From: a virus
Taxonomy: Duplodnaviria; Caudoviricetes
DNA length: 56,684 nucleotides
IMG/VR virus record: IMGVR_UViG_3300026518_000013
Span: 1-56,684 of that record
Reading direction: 5' to 3' (one strand)
Part shown: positions 37,250 to 45,498 of the stretch, in pieces
Numbering within the stretch: the first letter of the stretch is position 1
Layout: each line of letters opens with the position of its first letter
The notes under the pieces: model-generated
Databases searched by the model: none
Seen by the model: the letters and a program-made list of their open reading frames with translations, nothing else
What the model was told of the DNA's origin: nothing
Translations under genes and position numbers: made by a program

Positions 37250-38638
37250 TTAAACTTCATACTCATATTTATCAGCCCAAGGTTTATCCACGTCTGTTAT
37301 TTCAAAAGAAATGTCTAACGGGACAATAATCCAATCCCAAGTAGCAGGTAATTGTTGAGTAGTGATTTCCCTTATTTTTTGATAAACTTTTTGCAATTCA
37401 TTCGGGTTAACATCCAAAACCATAGCATCATGAATCTGACCAATTAATTTAGTATCCATATTATTTTCAAACAACCACTTATCCATCTGAATAAAACTCC
37501 AAAGTAAACAATGAAATGCAGCGCCTTGTACCGGATAATTGATAACTTGATTGCGTCTATAAATCCCCCTATAACGAAAACCAGTCAATGAATCAAAATA
37601 ACCTTTTCTTTGATAAGCTGCTAACCACCGGTCTTTCCATTGTTGATATACCTTAAACCGACGATTCCAGAAATCATCTTCAACTTGCTTTATATGATTT
37701 TCAAACTGGTTATAATTTTTTATACCCTGGTTAATTAAATGTGAAGAAATAGGAATACCATTTGGTAAAGTCACTCCTTCTTTACCACTAAAACGGGAAT
37801 GTGGTAACTTAGTCCATTTAGCCAAACTATCCGCACATCCAACATAATAATCACCATAAAATTGCGGAAAAACAAAACCATTTTTTGCCGCAGAACGTAA
37901 ATACCCGTATTCTGGAATATGCCGGTCAAAATCATCAATCTTAAATAATTGTGCAGCTAAATCCCTGTGCATATCATTATGCTCACTGGTTAAATATTTT
38001 AACATTGTTGGGTCTTTATGATAACAAGCAGCGATAGATACTTCTAATTTTGAAAAGTCAGCTTCCATCAATAAATGTCCCGGACGAGCATAAATAGCCC
38101 TACGAACTGCTTTCATTGCTTCTTTATCCCGTTTTGGTATATTCTGAAAATTTGGCCTATCACTACTACTACGAAAAGTTATAACATTATGTAAATTAAA
38201 AAACGGGTGAATATATCCATCAACTTGTTCGCGTTCAAAATTCTCCAAATAAGTATCCCGAATTTTTTGTAATTTACGTATTTTCAAAATTAAATCTAAT
38301 CCCAATACATCTATTTGTGATAATGTCTCATCATCAGTCTTTCCAAATCCTGCGGCCGTAGTATTAATTGGTTTTAATTTATACTTGTTATATAAAATGT
38401 CACGTAACTGTAAAGAAGAATTGATATTTATTTTTGCACCAAAATACTTTTCCCAATCTTTATATAATTTTGTCTGATGTAATTCCCGTTCTAAATGTTT
38501 AACTTTAAATGTAATACGCTTTTTTTCCTTATGTAAATAATTCAAATCAATACGCATTCCTACCTGCTCCGCCTTAGATAAAGCAAGTACCCCCTCATGA
38601 AATAACTCATACGCGTCTTTTTGAGTTAACTTACTCAT
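37250..38638 (-). CDS. polA: Family A DNA polymerase, polymerase domain
   Basis: RSSSDRPNFQNIP, ADFSKLE (motif A), RSAAK...YG (B), NYPVQG, QIHDA (C). Confidence 0.93.
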   Translation of the reverse strand: MSKLTQKDAYELFHEGVLALSKAEQVGMRIDLNYLHKEKKRITFKVKHLERELHQTKLYKDWEKYFGAKININSSLQLRDILYNKYKLKPINTTAAGFGKTDDETLSQIDVLGLDLILKIRKLQKIRDTYLENFEREQVDGYIHPFFNLHNVITFRSSSDRPNFQNIPKRDKEAMKAVRRAIYARPGHLLMEADFSKLEVSIAACYHKDPTMLKYLTSEHNDMHRDLAAQLFKIDDFDRHIPEYGYLRSAAKNGFVFPQFYGDYYVGCADSLAKWTKLPHSRFSGKEGVTLPNGIPISSHLINQGIKNYNQFENHIKQVEDDFWNRRFKVYQQWKDRWLAAYQRKGYFDSLTGFRYRGIYRRNQVINYPVQGAAFHCLLWSFIQMDKWLFENNMDTKLIGQIHDAMVLDVNPNELQKVYQKIREITTQQLPATWDWIIVPLDISFEITDVDKPWADKYEYEV

Positions 38639-39851
38639 ACCCCAACTCCTTTCGTTGTTTTTGCATTAATTTAAAAGTAAATAAAGAATCCAACCCACAA
38701 TACAACATCATTTTATGTCGGTTAATAGGATTAGAAATGATTTGTCTTATTTGATTTAATGCATTTGAGTCTTTTTCATCTTTCGATTTTAACCAATCTT
38801 CAATATCAGAATCATAATCATATACCCCAAAATTAACAAAAGTTTGAAATTTCAAACCAACCGTACCCGGAATATTATTAAGTAAATGAGCAGCCTGCAT
38901 AGAATCCCAAAACCAACCTTTAACTTGAATACCAACAATTTGTCTCATCCAAAGATTTTCATATTTCATATTATGAGCAACCTTTTTTATTATTGGTTTT
39001 TCCATAATTCTACGCAATAACTTTAAATTCTTTATATCATTTGGAAAAGGGATAACAAAAGCCTGGTTAGGTGAAATAGCAAAAGAAATAATTTCAATAG
39101 AATGCCCTGGTTTATATGGTTTCAAACCAGTTGTTTCCAAATCAAAAGCAATTATTTCCTGTTTAAGTAAATGTAATAATAATTTTCGGACCGGTTGCAC
39201 CCCTTCAATAATCTTAATCTTGCTTGTATAATCAATTTTATATAGTTGTAAAGCATTTTCTTTTGCCTTGCCTATATAATACTTAACTAATACCTCAATC
39301 TCTTTATACTTGCGGAAATTAAATAAATAATCCCTCCCCCAAATAGGTAATACAAAAGTTTGCAAATCAAAATCAGGTATCAAATAACCAACCCACCGGT
39401 CCAAAAACCCCAATCCTTTTTGCCAACGATTTTCATATAATACTTTTAATGGTAAATCACCAAAAGTAATAATAAGCCGTGGTTTTAATTTTTTAATCAA
39501 TGAAATTAACTTAATCTGACAACTTTGAATAACTTTTGTAATTTTTGATTTCTTTGAAATATGACAAAAAACCGCAGAAGCAATAACTATTTCCTCTTCT
39601 AATAAACCAACTTTTTTCAAAAATTGCTTAAAAAAAGCACCTTGTGAACCTGACAATAATTTACCCCGCAAATCTTCTTTTTCAGTAGGGGAATCAATTA
39701 AAACCAAAATTTTACCGGACCCGGAACCAATAATTGGTATTTGTGGGGTCTTGCAATACTTAGATAATCCACAAGTCACGCAATTATTATATCCAACAAA
39801 TCCAAAAGAAGCCCGTGATTCCTTTTTTGAAAATAATTCCATATCATTCAA
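38631..39851 (-). CDS. UDG family 4-like domain fused to a 3'-5' exonuclease (N-terminal part of the split PolA)
   Basis: CxxC plus two further Cys; EDLRGKLLSGSQG; DLETTG, HNMKYE, YCGLD exonuclease motifs. Confidence 0.85.
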   Translation of the reverse strand: MNDMELFSKKESRASFGFVGYNNCVTCGLSKYCKTPQIPIIGSGSGKILVLIDSPTEKEDLRGKLLSGSQGAFFKQFLKKVGLLEEEIVIASAVFCHISKKSKITKVIQSCQIKLISLIKKLKPRLIITFGDLPLKVLYENRWQKGLGFLDRWVGYLIPDFDLQTFVLPIWGRDYLFNFRKYKEIEVLVKYYIGKAKENALQLYKIDYTSKIKIIEGVQPVRKLLLHLLKQEIIAFDLETTGLKPYKPGHSIEIISFAISPNQAFVIPFPNDIKNLKLLRRIMEKPIIKKVAHNMKYENLWMRQIVGIQVKGWFWDSMQAAHLLNNIPGTVGLKFQTFVNFGVYDYDSDIEDWLKSKDEKDSNALNQIRQIISNPINRHKMMLYCGLDSLFTFKLMQKQRKELGYE

Positions 39852-40865
39852 CTATTCAATAAGTGCAGCCGAACCATAATACCAATGATCTGTTTTAAAA
39901 GAAATGAAATTATTACCAATAACCATTATATTGACTTCTTGTAAAACAGCCATCAAAAAATTAGGATTAATTTGCATTTCCAACGGGTCAAAATTATACT
40001 TAACATTCAATTCTTCCTGAAACCAACCATTGTCAGTTTCGATTGAAACTTTAAGACGATTATTGTTAAAATACAAATTAACAAGCGGGTCAAATTTCAA
40101 AGTTTTAGAAAAAACCATTGCCTTTTCCAAAGTCACCGTCAAACTGGATGGAATCTTAACTTTGGGTCCTTCATTATTCAAAAAAGGAGTAAAATCAACA
40201 AACTCCGCATCGTATAATTTAACTGATAAAATTGCATTATCTGCAGTCTTAAAATATGCCCATTCTTTAACCACATAAATATGAGTCAATTCCAATACCA
40301 ACAACCGGTCTAAAATATCCGCCGTAATAAGAAAATCAAAATCAGCTAACTTCTGACCAATATTAGCCTGAAATAAACGAAAACCATCAGTAGCCTGAAT
40401 AACACCATCTGATTTAAAATTAACTGCTCGCAAATTCATCCGGGTCATATCCCGGGAACAATTTTCTTTTGCTTTTAAAAGTAAAGAAATAAACTTATCC
40501 CCTAATTTAATCCAATCAAAATCAATATCTTCAAACCGATCATATAATTCTAAGGCCAACGCAGAAACCGGAAAACCAGCCCTTGTTCTTTTTTGCTTAC
40601 AAAGCAATTCATTTTCTTTTATTTTCATTTCCAATGGTATATCATTTTTTAATTTGCTTAAAAATGATTCAAAAATTACACCATCTGTCATTGCTTCAAA
40701 ATCAAATTGCATAGGATACCTTGCAATCATCATTTCATTAAAAGCAATCAAATATTTTTTTGTAAACGCTATTTGACTGGCGTCTCCTAATATATTACTG
40801 GTTGAAATAGCGCTTTTACAAACGCTCATTGCGTCTCTTAATCGTTGCACCTCTTTTATTTCCAT
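39852..40865 (-). CDS. dnaN: DNA sliding clamp (DnaN-like)
   Basis: ATDGFRL motif, INPNFL, size, adjacent clamp loader. Confidence 0.85.
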   Translation of the reverse strand: MEIKEVQRLRDAMSVCKSAISTSNILGDASQIAFTKKYLIAFNEMMIARYPMQFDFEAMTDGVIFESFLSKLKNDIPLEMKIKENELLCKQKRTRAGFPVSALALELYDRFEDIDFDWIKLGDKFISLLLKAKENCSRDMTRMNLRAVNFKSDGVIQATDGFRLFQANIGQKLADFDFLITADILDRLLVLELTHIYVVKEWAYFKTADNAILSVKLYDAEFVDFTPFLNNEGPKVKIPSSLTVTLEKAMVFSKTLKFDPLVNLYFNNNRLKVSIETDNGWFQEELNVKYNFDPLEMQINPNFLMAVLQEVNIMVIGNNFISFKTDHWYYGSAALIE

Positions 40866-41001
40866 TTTTTTTATTTTTAATCATTTGTAATTGCTTATGA
40901 TGAATGTTATCCTTTATTATATTGTAATAACTTAATAATCCGTGAGAATACTCAAAATCTAATAATTCTTTAATGTCAAATGTCCCTAAATAAATTTTCA
41001 T
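40816..41001 (-). CDS. Mini protein resembling the DpdA N-terminus
   Basis: MKIYLG...LLSYY vs DpdA MILYQSG...LISYF. Confidence 0.55.
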   Translation of the reverse strand: MKIYLGTFDIKELLDFEYSHGLLSYYNIIKDNIHHKQLQMIKNKKNGNKRGATIKRRNERL

Positions 41002-41003
41002 AA

Positions 41004-42047
41004 CTAAAAAAGCATATTTAATCCAGTAAATTTAAACCGCGTTGGATATTCCGGCATATGAGAAATTAAATCCTCATAATACTTAACATTGAATAAATCC
41101 CGTTGTGGATAATTATTAGAAACACCAGATTCTTTAATAAATTCCGCTAAACGCTTTTCCCTTTTACTTTTTGGTTTTCTTTCCGCCCAACGTATATTTT
41201 GACCATCTACTTTTGTGTCTTGTGAAATTTTACGAAAATAAGATTTTCCAACTTTGAACCCCATTTGATTGATATAATCAATCAAAAACTTCTTTTCTTT
41301 ATCCGGTAAAGTAAATAAATGTTTTGCCAATTGTTTAACCTTTGGACTACGTGATGACACCCCAATAACCATAGCATCATGATAATCAAAAGACCCATTT
41401 ACATATTTTGGAACTATAAGATTCCCCATACGAGCCTGTAATACCCAACTGGTTGAATCCACAGAATACCAAGGATAACGCCACATTAAATTTATACGCG
41501 TCATACCAAATCCATGAACTTTAATTTTTGGATAACCCTTTTCATCACAAATATAGTTAGTAAATAAATAATCCAAAAAATTAGTCACATTAGGAACCCT
41601 GACCATTCCACCAATACCAATAAAATCATACTTTTCAACCAATGGTTTCAAATATTTATCCGGATTTTCACCATAATGAAATACAGGTAACGGGTGTAAT
41701 CCGGCTTCCTCCATAATTTGTAAATTTTTTAAAGAATTATCCGGATTATCAATATCATCTAAATTTGCATAGACATCAATTTTATCTTCATACTGCTTAA
41801 TAAAATCAATGTAATCATAAATATCAATTGACACCCCCCGTGTTTTTGCGGAAAAAGCCCCAGAATCCAAAAAAAGTTGAATATTTTTCTCCATAACTTC
41901 AATGTAAAAAAGGTGTTGCACTAAACCACCAGGCTGCGCATAAAAATAACTAATCAATCGTGGTTTATTTTCAAAAACATTAATAAGTGGGTAATACTTT
42001 TGACTAATATTACCCACTACATAATTGCCTGATTGATAAAGTATCAT
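41004..42047 (-). CDS. dpdA: DNA 7-deazaguanine transglycosylase (TGT-like)
   Basis: LFLDSGAFS, NLDD, PVFHYGE, IGIGGM, HGFG, YSVDSTSW; adjacent to folE/que genes. Confidence 0.85.
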   Translation of the reverse strand: MILYQSGNYVVGNISQKYYPLINVFENKPRLISYFYAQPGGLVQHLFYIEVMEKNIQLFLDSGAFSAKTRGVSIDIYDYIDFIKQYEDKIDVYANLDDIDNPDNSLKNLQIMEEAGLHPLPVFHYGENPDKYLKPLVEKYDFIGIGGMVRVPNVTNFLDYLFTNYICDEKGYPKIKVHGFGMTRINLMWRYPWYSVDSTSWVLQARMGNLIVPKYVNGSFDYHDAMVIGVSSRSPKVKQLAKHLFTLPDKEKKFLIDYINQMGFKVGKSYFRKISQDTKVDGQNIRWAERKPKSKREKRLAEFIKESGVSNNYPQRDLFNVKYYEDLISHMPEYPTRFKFTGLNMLF

Positions 42048-42048
42048 G

Positions 42049-42603
42049 TTACTTGTTTATTAAACGCATCAATTCCTGCCGTGCTGCAAGGTCAGAACGA
42101 AAAACACCTTGCATAGATGAAGTAACCATTGTTGAATTTTGTTTTTGAACCCCACGCATTCGCATACACATATGTTGTGCTTCAATAATACAAGCTGCAC
42201 CTTTTGGTTGCAAAAACTGCATCAAAGCAGTTGTAACTTGGTCACCAATACGTTCCTGTATTTGAAGACGTCGAGAATAAATTTCAACCAATCGAGCAAG
42301 CTTGGAAATACCAATAACCCGTTTATTAGGAATATAAGCAACATGAGCTTTACCTACAAAAGGTAACATATGATGTTCACACATTGAATACAATTCAATG
42401 TCTTTCAAAAGAACAATTTGGTCATACCCATCTGCAGCAAAAGTAGTCAGAATATCTTCCGGTTTTTTATTATATCCTGAAAATATTTCATCAAACATTT
42501 TAACAACCCGATGTGGTGTTTTTAATAAACCTTCCCGGTCAGAATTTTCCCCAATAATTTGCAATAATTGTTTAATAACTACTTCTTTTTCTTCTTTTTT
42601 CAT
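42049..42603 (-). CDS. folE: GTP cyclohydrolase I
   Basis: [33 protein letters not shown]. Confidence 0.97.
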   Translation of the reverse strand: MKKEEKEVVIKQLLQIIGENSDREGLLKTPHRVVKMFDEIFSGYNKKPEDILTTFAADGYDQIVLLKDIELYSMCEHHMLPFVGKAHVAYIPNKRVIGISKLARLVEIYSRRLQIQERIGDQVTTALMQFLQPKGAACIIEAQHMCMRMRGVQKQNSTMVTSSMQGVFRSDLAARQELMRLINK

Positions 42604-42609
42604 AACTAA

Positions 42610-43287
42610 TTAATTTTCATATTCAATTGGGTCTTTTAAACCATTTAATTCAAATGCTTCCAAACGCTCCACACAACTACCACACTTACCACAAGCAATA
42701 GCTTGGTCTTTATAGCAAGTCCGGGTGTATTCATAAGGAACTTGTAATGAATGTCCAATAGCTACCAAATCTGCTTTACTTTTTTGCAAAAAAGGAGCAC
42801 GTAACATAATTTTTTGGTCTGTAGAATACCAAATTGCTTGTTGTGCAGCATTAATAAATTCCGGACGACAATCTGGATAAATATGATGATCACCAGAATG
42901 TACCCCTATATAAATGTCATAAGCACCAATAGATTCCGCAATAGAAGCCATAATAGAAATAAAAAGCATATTACGCCCCGGAACTACTGTTTTTTTCATA
43001 ATTTCTGCTTCATAATGACCCTCCGGAATTTCCCCTCCTGAAAGTAATAAATCAGAAGAAACATGTTGAAAAATATTCTGCAAATCAATTTTATGTAATA
43101 CCAATTTATGATTTTGAGAGTAATATTTCACTAACTTAGTAATAGCAATTTGTTCATACTTATTTTGTTTGCTACCATAAAAAAAATTACATATATGTAA
43201 TTCAATTGATGGCACGTCGTTTAAAATACGTGCCATCAAAGTAGCGGAATCCAATCCACCGGATAAAGAAATAACAGCTTTTTTCAT
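42610..43287 (-). CDS. queC: 7-cyano-7-deazaguanine synthase
   Basis: SGGLDS, VPGRN, YPDCR, TCY...CGKCGSC. Confidence 0.97.
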   Translation of the reverse strand: MKKAVISLSGGLDSATLMARILNDVPSIELHICNFFYGSKQNKYEQIAITKLVKYYSQNHKLVLHKIDLQNIFQHVSSDLLLSGGEIPEGHYEAEIMKKTVVPGRNMLFISIMASIAESIGAYDIYIGVHSGDHHIYPDCRPEFINAAQQAIWYSTDQKIMLRAPFLQKSKADLVAIGHSLQVPYEYTRTCYKDQAIACGKCGSCVERLEAFELNGLKDPIEYEN

Positions 43288-43289
43288 AA

Positions 43290-43802
43290 TTAAGCTTTTA
43301 CAAATTTACCATTTTCCAATTTTTTGACTTCAAATTTTTCCTTTGAAATCCGACCCGGTACTTGTACATTCACAGTTTTACGCATTGATTCCGGGTCACG
43401 TTCCGGAAAATTTTTCACCAACAAAGCATGAATCTCATCTTTGGAAATGCCTTCTTCATCAGCATCTTCAATTGCCTTAACAATAGTAGCAATAACTCCT
43501 ACTTTTTTAACCAATTTTTCCTTTTTAACCGATTTTTCTTTCTTAGCCGATTTTTGTGCAGTAGCAATCTTTTCCTTTTTAGCCGGTGTCTCTTCTACTT
43601 CAACTTTTTCAGCAATTTCATACCAACCTTTTTCAGTCAAATAAGCAATAGTTGCATCAGACAAATTATCTTCCGGAACAATCATTTCAGCAGCTTCCTG
43701 AATTTTAGCTTCCACTTCTTTTTGAGGTGCTTTAATATCAATTGCCGGTTCAATTCCTAATACCTGATTTAGCTCTTTAGCTACTTCTTGATACTTTTTC
43801 AT
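43290..43802 (-). CDS. Lys/Glu-rich protein, possible C-terminal winged helix
   Basis: Linker-separated domains; inserted between queE and queC. Confidence 0.7.
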   Translation of the reverse strand: MKKYQEVAKELNQVLGIEPAIDIKAPQKEVEAKIQEAAEMIVPEDNLSDATIAYLTEKGWYEIAEKVEVEETPAKKEKIATAQKSAKKEKSVKKEKLVKKVGVIATIVKAIEDADEEGISKDEIHALLVKNFPERDPESMRKTVNVQVPGRISKEKFEVKKLENGKFVKA

Positions 43803-43863
43803 TTGTTTAAAATTTTAAAAAATTAATAAATACTTTTTTGATTAAATCGCTTAATCTTTGATA

Positions 43864-43888
43864 TATTATACATAAAAAAATGATTTAC
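43864..43888 (-). promoter_or_regulatory. Putative middle promoter GTAAAT-N10-TGTATAATA
   Basis: Same layout as 31039-31063. Confidence 0.6.
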
Positions 43889-43906
43889 GTTAACAAAAAA
43901 TTAACA

Positions 43907-44677
43907 TTATACCGATTTTTTATTATTCCACAAAACAACCTGTAATCGGTCTGTATACTTAAAACCAAAACGAATAGCTAATCTAACTACTTTCTCCCGA
44001 ACATTTCTTAATTCTTCCCGCGTAGCACCCTCAGGCATTAACCAAACATTTTTTCTCGAAATTATTCCAGTTTCAATGTATCGAACCTGAATACCCATAA
44101 CATCATCCAAATTACGTACAACAAACTTAAAAATAGAATTTGATAAATCATTCATATGAGACAAAACATCCTCCTTACAAATAGAAAGAAATGAATTACC
44201 AGAATTGATTAACTTTGGACTATTATTCCAAGCATCCACTAATAATTCTAACTCTTTTTCAGGCATCAATACAGCTTCATTTTCAACTTCAATAAAAGGT
44301 AAAAATAAAAGTTTTGCTTCTAACACACGTAAAAATTTAATTAAATTTTTTTGTTGTAACAAAGGACTACCACCAGTAATAACAAAATGAACACCATCTC
44401 GAAATAATTCAAAAATTTTAGTTTTTGACATTATATCAACTAATTCATCAACCCCAATAAAAAATCCATTTTTCCATATATCCTTTGTATCACACCAAGT
44501 ACAATTCAAAGTACAACCAGCCAATCTTAAAAAAACAGCCGGATAACCGGCATACGGTCCTTCACCCTGAATTGTATCATAGAATAACTCTGAAACATTC
44601 AATTTTGGACCAACTATTTTTTGATTACGAGCAATTATACGCTCATACTCATTGGCATTAAAAACAACCTTACTCAT
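43907..44677 (-). CDS. queE: 7-carboxy-7-deazaguanine synthase (radical SAM)
   Basis: TIQGEG, FLRLAGCTLNCTWCDT, ITGG, SPK. Confidence 0.95.
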   Translation of the reverse strand: MSKVVFNANEYERIIARNQKIVGPKLNVSELFYDTIQGEGPYAGYPAVFLRLAGCTLNCTWCDTKDIWKNGFFIGVDELVDIMSKTKIFELFRDGVHFVITGGSPLLQQKNLIKFLRVLEAKLLFLPFIEVENEAVLMPEKELELLVDAWNNSPKLINSGNSFLSICKEDVLSHMNDLSNSIFKFVVRNLDDVMGIQVRYIETGIISRKNVWLMPEGATREELRNVREKVVRLAIRFGFKYTDRLQVVLWNNKKSV

Positions 44678-45036
44678 AATTCAAAGTATTTTGCACTGGT
44701 TTTAGGTGTTTCCTTGACTTCAATAGAATAAAGTTCCGGATACTTATCACGCCAAACATCAAAAATAAATTTCGCAATATTCTCAGCACTGGGATTCATA
44801 CCTATCGGTAAACGCTCATTTAAGTACCTATGGTCAAACAGGTCATCCAACCATTGTTTAAATTCAGACAAATCTCTATAATCTCGAATAAATCCAGCTT
44901 CATTCAAATTTTCACCACGTAATGTAATTGTAACATGATAATCATGTCCATGTAAACGCGTACAAGGATGAGTACTCGGCAAATGTTCTAACGAATGGGC
45001 AGCCGAAAACATAAATTGCTTTGAAATTTCATACAT
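44674..45036 (-). CDS. queD: 6-carboxytetrahydropterin synthase
   Basis: FSAAH, CTRLHGH, FDHRYLN, PSAENIA, VKETP. Confidence 0.96.
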   Translation of the reverse strand: MYEISKQFMFSAAHSLEHLPSTHPCTRLHGHDYHVTITLRGENLNEAGFIRDYRDLSEFKQWLDDLFDHRYLNERLPIGMNPSAENIAKFIFDVWRDKYPELYSIEVKETPKTSAKYFEL

Positions 45037-45052
45037 ATCAATAAATTTTAAG

Positions 45053-45262
45053 TTAACTATTTCTTTTTAAAATCTTTATATCTTTATACATATAATAAAC
45101 TATGTAAAAACAACCAAATGTAATAACAAACAAAAGGGTGACGGCAAAAATCGGAGGCTTGTTAGAAACAGCCAAACGGTAAGTCATGAAAGCAAAGCCG
45201 CCACCCAAAATTGTAAGAATACACAAAAATAACCAATCAAAGAAAACAATAAAATTTTTCAT
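45053..45262 (-). CDS. Two-TM membrane protein
   Basis: Two hydrophobic helices. Confidence 0.65.
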   Translation of the reverse strand: MKNFIVFFDWLFLCILTILGGGFAFMTYRLAVSNKPPIFAVTLLFVITFGCFYIVYYMYKDIKILKRNS

Positions 45263-45453
45263 TTCACCAATTCTTTTAATTCCCTTTCTAAAGTTGTTAC
45301 TTTTCTACGCAAATTACTAATAAGTTGGTCTTTTTCAATATCCAAGTTATTCTTTTCTGCGTATTTAAGATTGGCTTTCAAAACAGCCATTGTACTTTCC
45401 CAAAGTTTATACAACTTAACTATTTTATTAATTTTTTTGATAACTTCCTTCAT
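45259..45453 (-). CDS. Hypothetical coiled-coil protein
   Basis: 64 aa ORF. Confidence 0.6.
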   Translation of the reverse strand: MKEVIKKINKIVKLYKLWESTMAVLKANLKYAEKNNLDIEKDQLISNLRRKVTTLERELKELVK

Positions 45454-45472
45454 AACACAAATATTTTCTAAT

Positions 45473-45481
45473 TATTATACA
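45473..45481 (-). promoter_or_regulatory. Putative middle promoter TGTATAATA
   Basis: Intergenic copy upstream of the que/dpd operon. Confidence 0.55.
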
Positions 45482-45498
45482 AATTAATTTAACTTCCT

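Noticed and set aside
41004-45036. Queuosine tRNA-modification auxiliary genes
   Set aside because: No queF, queA or tRNAs; the TGT-like gene is DpdA-like and lies in the replisome operon
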